This document shows positions 1-8,100 of a DNA stretch of 64,000 nt, piece by piece. Both the position numbers and the translations under genes were made by a program. This DNA comes from Deltaproteobacteria bacterium (GTDB taxonomy: Bacteria; Myxococcota_A; Polyangia; Polyangiales; Houyiibacteriaceae), in assembly GCA_034670305.1 (NCBI GenBank), contig JAXMNT010000011.1, forward strand, positions 32,001-96,000. Reading direction: 5' to 3'. Position 1 is the stretch's first letter; each line of letters opens with the position of its first letter. The notes under the pieces were generated by a model, which saw only the letters and a program-made list of their open reading frames with translations, ran no database searches and was not told the origin of the DNA.

Positions 1-555
1 CGCCCCGCCCTCGAACACCGGCTGCCCGCCGGGCAGCACCGGCGGCTCCGACAGGATCTCGCCGAACTCGAAGTCGATCACTTTCCACTTTTGGCCGTCG
101 GGCGCGACCACGAACTCCATGCGCCGTTCGTACGGCCGCCCGAGGAACGTGCCGCTCGCGATCCCGGACAGCGCGGTGGTGCCGTCGTCGAGGAACTCGA
201 TGGTGTCGATCAGCAGCGCAAGCCGTTCGGCCGCCATGTGATCCCAGACCTGCTGCTTCAGCTCGCGTTCATGCGTGCTCAGGGCCGCGTCGGTGCGTCG
301 TCGCGCTTCCACCCGCGCGGCGGCGTCTCCCATCGAGAGTTCAGCCGCGGTGTCGTGTTCGCGTTTTCGCCACGCGTCGAGGAACGACTCGGCCACCCGC
401 TCGGGGGTGCTGTCGTCCACTTCGACGACGGGGTCCACCACCGGGACCTCCTCGTCGACGTCGCCTCCACTCAGACCGATCGCGATGCCGGCCGCACCGA
501 CGCAGAACATGCCGCTCGTCGCGGCGAGCACCATCGGGGTGGAGAGCTTCTTCAT
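1..555 (-). CDS. Hypothetical membrane-anchored or secreted protein, 3' end outside the window
   Basis: ATG at 555 reads MKKLSTPMVLAATSGMFCVGAAGIAIGLSGG... with a hydrophobic N-terminus and stays open to the window edge; follows the HAD gene on the same strand. Confidence 0.65.
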   Translation of the reverse strand, partial: MKKLSTPMVLAATSGMFCVGAAGIAIGLSGGDVDEEVPVVDPVVEVDDSTPERVAESFLDAWRKREHDTAAELSMGDAAARVEARRRTDAALSTHERELKQQVWDHMAAERLALLIDTIEFLDDGTTALSGIASGTFLGRPYERRMEFVVAPDGQKWKVIDFEFGEILSEPPVLPGGQPVFEGGA

Positions 556-582
556 GCCGAGCGGGCGGTCTAGGTCAGCCGC

Positions 583-1347
583 TCAGCCGCGGCCGTCGAG
601 GAGGTGTTTCGCGAGCTCCGCGAACCCTTCCCCGTGCGAGGCCTCGGTGACGTACTTCGGCGGGGTGGGCAGCGCGTCGGTCTTCACGTTCGCGACGCCC
701 ACGCTGTGCGGGAACGCTTCGAACGCGGCCGCGTCGTTGCCGCTGTCGCCGATGAAGATCCACTGGTCCGGATCGAAGCCCCAGCCGGCGGCCTGGAACG
801 CGGCTTCGGCGCCGCTCGCTTTGTTCGCGGCGCTCGCGGTCGCGTGGCAGTGCACGGTGCTCACGCTGGCGAGGAGTCCGTCGTTCTTGATGAGGTTCAC
901 GAGCGCGTCGATCTTCGACTTCGAGAGCGAGGCGTACTCGCCGATGTCGAAGGCGCGGTCACAGCGGCGGTGGCGCGAGTCGGCGCTCGGCTTCACGTCC
1001 GGCAGTTCGCGGGTCACGCGGGCACAGAGCCAGTCGAGCCGATCGCTGTGGGCTTCGCGGGCGTCCTCGTCGTCGAAGTAGCCTTCTTCGACTTTGCCTT
1101 CGTGCACGCGGACCCAGCCGGCGCCGTTCTCACCGATGGCGAGTCCGACCGGGAGCAGGCGGGCGACGACGTCGACCCAGCCGAGCGGTCGACCGGTGAC
1201 GAGCACGAGATCGAGGCCGGCCGTGGCGAGGTCCTCCATCGCGCTCAGGGACGCCGCCTGGAGTCGCCCGTCGCGCGTGACGGTGTCGTCCATGTCGAAC
1301 ACCACACCGCGCACCGACGCGCGGATCTTCTTTGGAATTTTGATCAT
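583..1347 (-). CDS. HAD-superfamily (subfamily IIB-like) hydrolase
   Basis: Motifs FDMDDT, VTGR, K and IGDSGND; ATG at 1347 overlaps the stop of the upstream methyltransferase. Confidence 0.9.
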   Translation of the reverse strand: MIKIPKKIRASVRGVVFDMDDTVTRDGRLQAASLSAMEDLATAGLDLVLVTGRPLGWVDVVARLLPVGLAIGENGAGWVRVHEGKVEEGYFDDEDAREAHSDRLDWLCARVTRELPDVKPSADSRHRRCDRAFDIGEYASLSKSKIDALVNLIKNDGLLASVSTVHCHATASAANKASGAEAAFQAAGWGFDPDQWIFIGDSGNDAAAFEAFPHSVGVANVKTDALPTPPKYVTEASHGEGFAELAKHLLDGRG

Positions 1348-2522
1348 CAATCGACCCGGAAGAGAAGCGATTTGAGGTACCGACCTTCGGGGAAGGCGGC
1401 TGGCGTGGGATGGTCGCCCGGCTGACCGCCGGACCAGATCAGGGTGAGGTGACGTCCGGCGCGCCTGGCGCCTTCGTTCACGGCTCGGAGAAAATGTGCC
1501 GGCCCGAGCGCGGCAGAACAAGAACAACTCATCAGCAGCCCACCGCGTTCGACGAGCGGAGCCGCCAGACGGTTGAGCTGCACGTACGCTTTGCGGCCGC
1601 GATCCATGTGGCGTTTGCTCGGGATCAGTTTCGGCGGGTCGACGACGACCAGATCAAAGGTCTCTCCGGCCTTGGCGAGCTCCGGCAGCTTGCGGCGGAT
1701 GTCGGCCTTCTGGAACTGGACCTTGCCGAGCAGGTCGTGGTGCTGAGCGATGGCGGCGCCGGCCGCGACCGCAGGGGCCGAGCTGTCGATGCAGACGACT
1801 TCGTCCGCCCCGCCTCGGGCGGCGGCCAAGCCGATCGAACCGACGTAGCTGTACGCGTCGAGCACCCGGCCGCGCGCGACGGCTTCGACCTGGTCGCGCG
1901 TGATGCGCTGGTCGAGGTAGTAGCCGGTCTTCTGTCCGAGGGCCGAGGGGATCCGGAGCGAGAAGCCGCGGTCCATGAACTCGAGCGCGTCGACTTCGCT
2001 CCCGCGCGCCACGCGGGCGCCTTCCTGGATGCCTTCGGCTTTGATCTCGGTCGCCGGGCAGAGGATGGTCTTCACGCCGGTCGCGCGGGTGATGTGGCCG
2101 AAGATGGCTTCGGCCCGTTTCAGGGCGCCAATCGTCCGGAACTGCACGACCGCGACCTTGTGGAAGATGTCCACGATGAGGCCGGGGGTGTCGTCGCCCT
2201 CCGAGTTCAGCAGCCGGTAGGCCTGGTTGCGGTCGGAGGGAAGTCCGAGGCGGGCGCGAAGGGCGAGGGCGGCGTCGATGCGGCGGCCGATCAGCGCGTC
2301 GTCGATCTTCTCCGCGGCGTCGCGCGACCAGATGCGCAATGGAATCGCGCTCTTGGGCGACCACAGACCGGTGCCCAGAAACCGCCCGTCGGGGTCGGTC
2401 ACGCGCACTTCATCACCCGGACCTGGAGCTCCCTCCACGTTCGCGATGTTCTGGCTGAAAACCCAGGGGTGCCCCGCCCAGACAGGCTGGACGTGGCCCT
2501 TGCGAAGCCTAACGGTACTCAC
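1347..2522 (-). CDS. rlmI: RlmI-like class I SAM-dependent rRNA methyltransferase with PUA domain
   Basis: GHPWVFS, NSEGDxxPGLIVD, GQKTGYYLDQR, VVDPP, SCSCS and DHP...PEGRYLK motifs. Confidence 0.85.
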   Translation of the reverse strand: MSTVRLRKGHVQPVWAGHPWVFSQNIANVEGAPGPGDEVRVTDPDGRFLGTGLWSPKSAIPLRIWSRDAAEKIDDALIGRRIDAALALRARLGLPSDRNQAYRLLNSEGDDTPGLIVDIFHKVAVVQFRTIGALKRAEAIFGHITRATGVKTILCPATEIKAEGIQEGARVARGSEVDALEFMDRGFSLRIPSALGQKTGYYLDQRITRDQVEAVARGRVLDAYSYVGSIGLAAARGGADEVVCIDSSAPAVAAGAAIAQHHDLLGKVQFQKADIRRKLPELAKAGETFDLVVVDPPKLIPSKRHMDRGRKAYVQLNRLAAPLVERGGLLMSCSCSAALGPAHFLRAVNEGARRAGRHLTLIWSGGQPGDHPTPAAFPEGRYLKSLLFRVD

Positions 2523-2539
2523 GGTTTCAGTTGGTCGAT

Positions 2540-2788
2540 TCAGCCGTTGCGCTCAACAACCTCAGCATCGGTGACTTCGTCCTGAGCGCTCGCGGCGGTG
2601 CGTGCCGTCACTTGCTTCTCTTTGGGCGTAGGGGTCACATCGATCTCGTCGTCGGTGTTGAGTCCGCGCTTGAGGTTCCGAATCGCCTTGCCGAGGCCTT
2701 CACCGATCTGCGGAAGCCGGCTTGCGCCGAACACCAGCAGGACGATGACGAGGAGGATGAGTAGCTCCCCCATTCCGAGATTGGGCAT
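2540..2788 (-). CDS. tatA: Twin-arginine translocase subunit TatA/E
   Basis: [39 protein letters not shown] helix, FG hinge and amphipathic helix. Confidence 0.95.
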   Translation of the reverse strand: MPNLGMGELLILLVIVLLVFGASRLPQIGEGLGKAIRNLKRGLNTDDEIDVTPTPKEKQVTARTAASAQDEVTDAEVVERNG

Positions 2789-2892
2789 GATGACTCCGAG
2801 GTAGCTCGAATGAGCCGAAGGTCCAACCGAGGACCACCAGACATCGAAACCCTACGCCCCGCAGGCAGGGTCCGCAATGAGGCGAATGCGTC

Positions 2893-3624
2893 GTGTATGC
2901 TGATCGTGTGCACGCCCAGGTGCTCACCCGCCGACTTCAATCCGTGCGCGATCCCTCCGTGCGGGCGACCTACGTCCGCAACGCCGTCTCGGCGCTTCGG
3001 CCGGACGCGGTCGTGGCGCTCGTGGCGGCGCTCGATGCCCAGCGCAGCCCGGAGCATCTGGATGTGCTGCTGCTGGTCTCGGTGGCTCTGGCGGAGCCCT
3101 CCTTGGCCGAGCTGCGGGAGCGTTCGGCGGTCGAGGCGCACCAGCTCGGATTGGCCGATGTGGCGGAGCTTCTGGCCTCCCACGAGGCGGACACGCCGGA
3201 GATCGGGGAGCTGCGGGTGCCAGACTTCGGGGTCGGGCGATCGCTCACCCTGGGGGAACGCAAGTCGCTGGCGCGCAAGCGAGAGCGGGGGGTGCTGCAG
3301 CGGGTGCTGCGGGATCCGAGCCCGGACGTCATCCGGATCTTGCTGGGCAACCCGTCGCTGACCGAGCCAGACGTGGTGCAGCTGGCGGCGTTGCGGCCCA
3401 TCGACCCGGCGTCGCTCCGAGAGATCTTCCGCCACCCCAAATGGACGATCCGGTATCCGGTGCGGCGGGCCCTCGTGCAAAACCCGTATCTGGAGCTCGC
3501 GCTGGCGTTGGCGCTGGCGCCGCATCTGAACGTCGCCGATGCCCGTCGATTGGCCGCTTCTCCGGATCTGAGGATCCCGCTGCGTCGGGCGCTCGGCCGG
3601 GTGGGCGGACTCCGCCTGCACTGA
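2893..3624 (+). CDS. Hypothetical helical-repeat protein
   Basis: 243 aa ORF with typical codon usage and repeated LLRDP/LLGNP/LVQNP helical motifs. Confidence 0.7.
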   Translation: MYADRVHAQVLTRRLQSVRDPSVRATYVRNAVSALRPDAVVALVAALDAQRSPEHLDVLLLVSVALAEPSLAELRERSAVEAHQLGLADVAELLASHEADTPEIGELRVPDFGVGRSLTLGERKSLARKRERGVLQRVLRDPSPDVIRILLGNPSLTEPDVVQLAALRPIDPASLREIFRHPKWTIRYPVRRALVQNPYLELALALALAPHLNVADARRLAASPDLRIPLRRALGRVGGLRLH

Positions 3625-3674
3625 TTCTCGTCCTTCGGGACCGCGATCCTTGACGCAGTGCGCCAAGGGGGGTT

Positions 3675-4283
3675 ATGGAAATCGTTCGTTTGGAGGTCCC
3701 GCGAGTGGAGGCAACCGTAGAAGATCCGGCAAAAGAACCGCGCCTTATCAAGCGCTACGCCAACCGGAAGCTCTACGATACGCAGGACAGCCGGTACGTC
3801 ACGCTTCAGCAGATCGCCGAGATGGTGGGTCGCGGCGAGGACGTGAAGATCATCGACAACAAGTCGAAGGAAGATCTGACCAACGTCACCCTCGCGCAGA
3901 TCCTCGCGCAAATCGTCCACGAAGAAGAGAAGCAGGGCGAGGGGTCGGCGCGGCGGAGCAGCTTGCGGTCGTTGATCGAAGAGGGGCAGAAGCGCCTCGT
4001 GGACTCGCTTCCGGGGCCGCTCTCGAAGCTCCTTCGCGAGGACGAGGGCAAAGCCGCTGCGAAAGCGGCCGCCAAGCCCGCCAAGACCGAAGAAAGCGAT
4101 GAGCCGAAGGGCGACAAGCCGAAGGGCAAAGGCCCGCTGGACGACCTGATGCACCTGGCCGACGACCGGGTGAAGTCGATCGTCGGAGAGGTTCGACGGC
4201 TCCAGGGCCGCATCGACGAGCTCGAGCAGCGGCTCGCATCGATGCTCGGCCGGAAATCGAAGGCCAAGGGCGAAGAAGAGTAG
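3675..4283 (+). CDS. PhaR-like regulator (PHB accumulation regulator N-terminal DNA-binding domain) with coiled-coil tail
   Basis: IKRYANRKLYDTQDSRYVTLQQIAEMVGRGEDVKIIDNKSKEDLT matches the PhaR N-terminal signature; start uncertain. Confidence 0.85.
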   Translation: MEIVRLEVPRVEATVEDPAKEPRLIKRYANRKLYDTQDSRYVTLQQIAEMVGRGEDVKIIDNKSKEDLTNVTLAQILAQIVHEEEKQGEGSARRSSLRSLIEEGQKRLVDSLPGPLSKLLREDEGKAAAKAAAKPAKTEESDEPKGDKPKGKGPLDDLMHLADDRVKSIVGEVRRLQGRIDELEQRLASMLGRKSKAKGEEE

Positions 4284-4334
4284 AGCCTCGGTCGGCTTGC
4301 CCCGCCGGTGGCAGATCGGTACGGTCCAGCCGAC

Positions 4335-4520
4335 ATGGCGGACCATTCCAACGAAGGCGGCATCCTCCCGGACGTTCACGACGAGGCGGCCGACACCCCG
4401 ATGTGGGTGCCGATGCTCGGCTTGGCGCTGCTGACCCTGGCCACGATCTTCCTGATCGTGCGCGCGGCGGTCGCTGACGACGCAGTCGACGAAACCGTCG
4501 AAGCCGCGCTGGCCGACTGA
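4335..4520 (+). CDS. Small single-TM membrane protein
   Basis: MADHSNEGGILPDV...TPMWVPMLGLALLTLATIFLIVRAA; fills the gap between co-oriented genes. Confidence 0.65.
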   Translation: MADHSNEGGILPDVHDEAADTPMWVPMLGLALLTLATIFLIVRAAVADDAVDETVEAALAD

Positions 4521-4581
4521 GTCTTTTGCCACTGGCGGCCACCCAGCCCATCGATGGGTGCATTGGGTACACTGCGCCGCG

Positions 4582-5382
4582 ATGACGTTTGATCTGGATC
4601 GGGTGGGCGGTTGGCGCGGGCTCGAAGGCATCGTGTCCGAGGTGCTCGGGTGCGGGGAACTCGCGATGCGGCTCTTCGCGGACGGCGCGGCGGACCGCCT
4701 CGAGAAGAAGGGCGACCGCAGCCCGGTGACCGAAGCGGACCGCGCGGTGGAAGCGCGTCTGCGCGCGTACCTAGAAGCGGCGACTCCGGACGCCGGGTTC
4801 CTCGGCGAAGAATCCGGGACGGACGACCATGCGGCGGCTTCGAAACGCAGTGCGCTCCGGTGGATCGTCGACCCCATCGACGGCACCCGCGCGTTCGTGC
4901 GCGGCTTGCCGACCTGGTCGATCCTCGTCGGCCTCGAGTACGAGTCCGTGCCGGTGCTCGGCGTGGCGCTCCTCCCGGTCACCGAAGAACTCTTCATTGG
5001 CGTCGCCGGCGGTGGCGCGACCATGAACGGCCGCCCGCTTCGGGTGTCCAACGTCGCGGCGATCGAAGACGCCGCCATCGGCCACGGGTCGCTTTCCCAG
5101 TTCACCGAATCCGGCCGCACCGACGCACTCGCCCGCCTCGCCGCCGGCACCTACACCCAGCGCGGCTTCTGCGACTTCGCCAACTACCGCGAGCTCCTCC
5201 TCGGCCGCCTCGACGCCGTCGTCGACCCCGGCGTGCAGCCCTACGACTGCGCCCCCGCAGCCGTCCTCGTGCGCGAAGCGGGTGGCCAAACCTCCGACCT
5301 CACCGGCCAAGACACCATCTACGGCGACGGCTTCCTCGCCACCAACGCACACCTCCACTCCGCCGTCCTCGCCCTGGTCTGA
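4582..5382 (+). CDS. Inositol monophosphatase family protein (HisN-like histidinol-phosphatase)
   Basis: [20 protein letters not shown] and PYDCAP motifs. Confidence 0.9.
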   Translation: MTFDLDRVGGWRGLEGIVSEVLGCGELAMRLFADGAADRLEKKGDRSPVTEADRAVEARLRAYLEAATPDAGFLGEESGTDDHAAASKRSALRWIVDPIDGTRAFVRGLPTWSILVGLEYESVPVLGVALLPVTEELFIGVAGGGATMNGRPLRVSNVAAIEDAAIGHGSLSQFTESGRTDALARLAAGTYTQRGFCDFANYRELLLGRLDAVVDPGVQPYDCAPAAVLVREAGGQTSDLTGQDTIYGDGFLATNAHLHSAVLALV

Positions 5383-5386
5383 GCGG

Positions 5387-6334
5387 GTGGGCGCGCACGC
5401 GGCAGGAGCGAGGTCGGGATCGGGTTCGGCATCGGCATCGGCTTCGGCTTCGGGCTCGGCATCGGCATCGGCATCGGGATCGGCTTCGGGATCGGCTTCG
5501 GGATCGGCTTCGGCATCGGCTTCGGCATCGGGTTCGGCTTCGGGATCGGCTTCGGCATCGGGTTCGGCTTCGGCTTCGGCTTCGCCCCGAACAGTCGGGC
5601 ACGGGCACGGGCACGGGCACGGGCACGGACATGTACGCTGGCAGAGTCTCGTCGGGTCGCCGCACAGCCGCGACACTCTGGCGTGGCTCTGGCTGGCCGC
5701 GCTGTTCGCCCTCGCCTGTGGCGGTGACGACGCGGCCAACGCCTCTCCCGACCCCCGCTTCGAACCGGTCTCCGCGCCGGCCGACGACCCGGCCGCCGTC
5801 GTCGTGCGGGACTTGCCGCCGAGCGAGCTGCGCGCGCACGTGCTCGAACAGACGCGCACCCAGACGATCACGCCGACCTGGTTCGGCGAAGATCCGTGGC
5901 AGGCGTTCGCGGTGGTCGTCGGCGATCAGGACGTGGGCGAGGTTGTCGCGCGGGGCCGCACGTACGTGCGCAACGGCGGCGGGCTCGAGCTCGATGTGCG
6001 CATGGGCGCGGGCGACCGCGGCGCGTTCATGGGCGGGGTGCTCGCGACCGGGGTGGAGCGCGCGATGGTACAGGTGCGGGTGATGGATCCGGACACGCTC
6101 GGTGCGCGGTTCTCGATCCGGGTGCACGCGCTCGAAGGCGACGTGCGTCCGCGCGATGCGACGCCTGGGTACCTGCGGCGTGCGGTGCCGCGCGGGACCT
6201 ACCGCGCGTGGGTGGATGTGCCGCCGCGCGGCGGGCGGTACCTGGTGGAGGTGACGACGCTGGATCGCGGTGGCGAACAGGTGGCGCAGGCGTGGGCGAG
6301 TCCGATCGCGGTGGAGCGGCCGTGGCTGCAGTGA
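5387..6334 (+). CDS. Putative lipoprotein with an N-terminal in-frame (SA/SG)n and (GH)n repeat
   Basis: Lipobox-like LFALACGG near 5720; the nearest in-frame ATG/GTG/TTG upstream is GTG 5387, before the repeat. Confidence 0.6.
   Translation: MGAHAAGARSGSGSASASASASGSASASASGSASGSASGSASASASASGSASGSASASGSASASASPRTVGHGHGHGHGHGHVRWQSLVGSPHSRDTLAWLWLAALFALACGGDDAANASPDPRFEPVSAPADDPAAVVVRDLPPSELRAHVLEQTRTQTITPTWFGEDPWQAFAVVVGDQDVGEVVARGRTYVRNGGGLELDVRMGAGDRGAFMGGVLATGVERAMVQVRVMDPDTLGARFSIRVHALEGDVRPRDATPGYLRRAVPRGTYRAWVDVPPRGGRYLVEVTTLDRGGEQVAQAWASPIAVERPWLQ
5414..5584 (-). repeat. Degenerate (GCCGAN)n hexamer array, minus orientation
   Basis: Tandem TCGGCA/TCGGCT/TCGGGA units on +. Confidence 0.95.
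5597..5626 (-). repeat. (GTGCCC)5 arm on the minus strand
   Basis: GGGCAC x5 on +. Confidence 0.95.
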
Positions 6335-7338
6335 CGGGGGCGTCAGACGCAGACGCGGGTGCAGACGCAGGTGCAGCAGCAGGTGCAGACGCAGGTGCAG
6401 ACGCAGCAGCAGCAGGTGCAGACGCAGCAGCAGCGACAGCGACAGCGACAGAGTCAGCGACAGAGTCAGCGACAGAGTCAGCGACAGAGTCAGCGACAGA
6501 GTCAGCGACAGAGTCAGCGACAGAGTCAGCGACAGAGTCAGCGACAGCCGCCGATGCCGATGCCGATACCGATGCCGATGCCGATGCCGATGCCGAAGCC
6601 GATTCCGATGCCGATGCCGAAGCCGAGGCCGATGCCGACGCCGACGCCGGTGCCGTTGCCGTTGCCGACGCCGATGCTGACGCCGATGCCGGTGCCGACT
6701 CCGAGCTGCCGCTAGCGGTTCGGGTGCGGTGGACGGTGGGGTTCGTGTGGGTGGCTGCGGCGTTGGCGTTCTTGGTGGTGGGGCTTTGGACGCATGCGGA
6801 GGCGCGGGAGGCGTGGGCGGGGGAGCGGGGGCTGCTCGGGACCGAGGACTACGACGCGGAGGCGAGCGACCGGGCGTATCTGCGGAGCCGGCGGGCGCAC
6901 GAACGGGTGGGGTGGGCGGCGCCGCTTTTGGTGATCGGGGTGGTGATCGTGTTGGGGCTCGGCGGCGCGTCTGAGACGCCGCTTCGTGCGCCCGGCCGTG
7001 GGCGACTCGTGGGGGCGACGTTGGTCGACCTGGGGTGCGCCGTCGCGCTCACGTCGCTCGGGTGGCTCGACACCGGGGAGAGTGCGCTGGTGTTTGCCAT
7101 CGCGCGCGCCGGTCCGGTGGCGGGCGTCGCGGTGCTCGCGGCGGGCTACGGACAGGGCGCGTCGCTCGGCCTGCGGACGATGGGGCTGCGGTGCGCGGCG
7201 TCGCCGGTGCAAGCGGTGGTGGCGGCGGTGTGTTGGCCGCTCTCCGTGGTCGTGGTGGCTGCGCCGGTGTGGGCGGTGGCGGCGGCGCCTGCGTTGGCGT
7301 TGGTGCGGGCGCGGGTCGGGCGGTCTCTCCCGAGCTGA
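6331..7338 (+). CDS. Multi-pass membrane protein with a long acidic repeat-encoded N-terminus
   Basis: GTG overlaps the upstream TGA (GTGA); about 125 codons of ADAG/ATES/ADAD repeats, then several hydrophobic segments. Confidence 0.6.
   Translation: MTGASDADAGADAGAAAGADAGADAAAAGADAAAATATATESATESATESATESATESATESATESATESATAADADADTDADADADAEADSDADAEAEADADADAGAVAVADADADADAGADSELPLAVRVRWTVGFVWVAAALAFLVVGLWTHAEAREAWAGERGLLGTEDYDAEASDRAYLRSRRAHERVGWAAPLLVIGVVIVLGLGGASETPLRAPGRGRLVGATLVDLGCAVALTSLGWLDTGESALVFAIARAGPVAGVAVLAAGYGQGASLGLRTMGLRCAASPVQAVVAAVCWPLSVVVVAAPVWAVAAAPALALVRARVGRSLPS
6344..6700 (+). repeat. Compound array: (GCAGAC/GCAGGT)n, (GCGACAGAGTCA)8 at 6445-6540, then (GCCGAT)n
   Basis: Read directly; all units are multiples of 3 nt, mostly 6 or 12. 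Confidence 0.95.
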
Positions 7339-7339
7339 A

Positions 7340-7683
7340 CCGACGCCGAAGCCGATGCCGAAGCCGATGCCGATGCTGATGCCGAAGCCGAAGCCGAAGC
7401 CGATGCCGATGCCGATGCCGATGCCGACGCCGAAGCCGAAGCCGAAGCCGATGCCGAAGCCGATGCCGATGCCGATGCCGATGCCGATGCCGAAGCCGAC
7501 GCCGATGATGCCGACGCCGACGCCGATGCCGATGCCGAAGCCGACGCCGACGCCGACGCCGATGCCGAGGCCGACGCCGATGCCGAGGCCGATGCCGACG
7601 CCGATGATGCCGACGCCGACGCCGATGCCGAGGCCGGAGCCGAGGCCGACGCCGATGCCGAGGCCGGAGCCGAGGCCGACGCC
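7340..7683 (+). repeat. (GCCGAN)n hexamer array
   Basis: Tandem GCCGAT/GCCGAA/GCCGAC/GCCGAG beginning right after the stop at 7338. Confidence 0.95.
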
Positions 7684-7689
7684 GCCTCG

Positions 7690-7876
7690 GGTAGGGAGGT
7701 TGGGTTCCTTTTGCGACGGAACTTCCACCCACTCCTCACTCTTCTGAACTCTCCCGAAACGAACCGGGAGCCGGCGAGAACCGGCAACCACGCAGGAGCG
7801 CCCCGCCCGCGAGAACGCTCAGGGGGGCGTGCGCAGTCGCGCTGCCCAACTCGCCAGCGTGTCGCGCTGGGCGCAG
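7690..7876. ncRNA. Candidate structured element (multi-hairpin spacer between repeat arrays)
   Basis: Consecutive stems GTTCC/GGAAC, CTCCCG/CGGGAG, GCCGG/CCGGC, GAGCG/CGCTC and CCAGCG/CGCTGG; no family recognised. Confidence 0.3.
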
Positions 7877-7879
7877 TAG

Positions 7880-8077
7880 TCGCGGTCGCTGCCGCTGTTG
7901 CTGTCGCTGCCGCTGACGCTGACGCTGTCGCTGCTTCTGACTCTGCTTCTGACTCTGCTTCTGACTCTGCTTCTGACTCTGCTTCTGACTCTGCTTCTGA
8001 CTCTGCTTCTGACTCTGCCTCTGACTCTGCGAAACGAACCAAGGGCAAGGGCAGGGGCAAGGGCAGGGGCAAGGGGC
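7880..8077 (+). repeat. (GCTGNC)n, about 8 copies of TCTGACTCTGCT (7936-8030), then an (AAGGGC/AGGGGC)n arm (8040-8077)
   Basis: Read directly. Confidence 0.95.
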
Positions 8078-8100
8078 CTCTTGGAGTCGCTTGGCTCCTC

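Noticed and set aside
7741-7790. Hammerhead ribozyme or SRP RNA in the structured spacer
   Set aside because: Lacks the CUGANGA core and the SRP GGAA/GCAG motif
7796-7807. GAGCGCCCCGCC shared with the outer end of the transposase arms
   Set aside because: A GC-rich 12-mer match is plausible by chance at this base composition
7146-8072. ORFs such as (SA)n, (MP)n, (RH)n and (GI)n over intergenic arrays
   Set aside because: These follow from stop-free hexamers being open in many frames; there is no independent coding evidence
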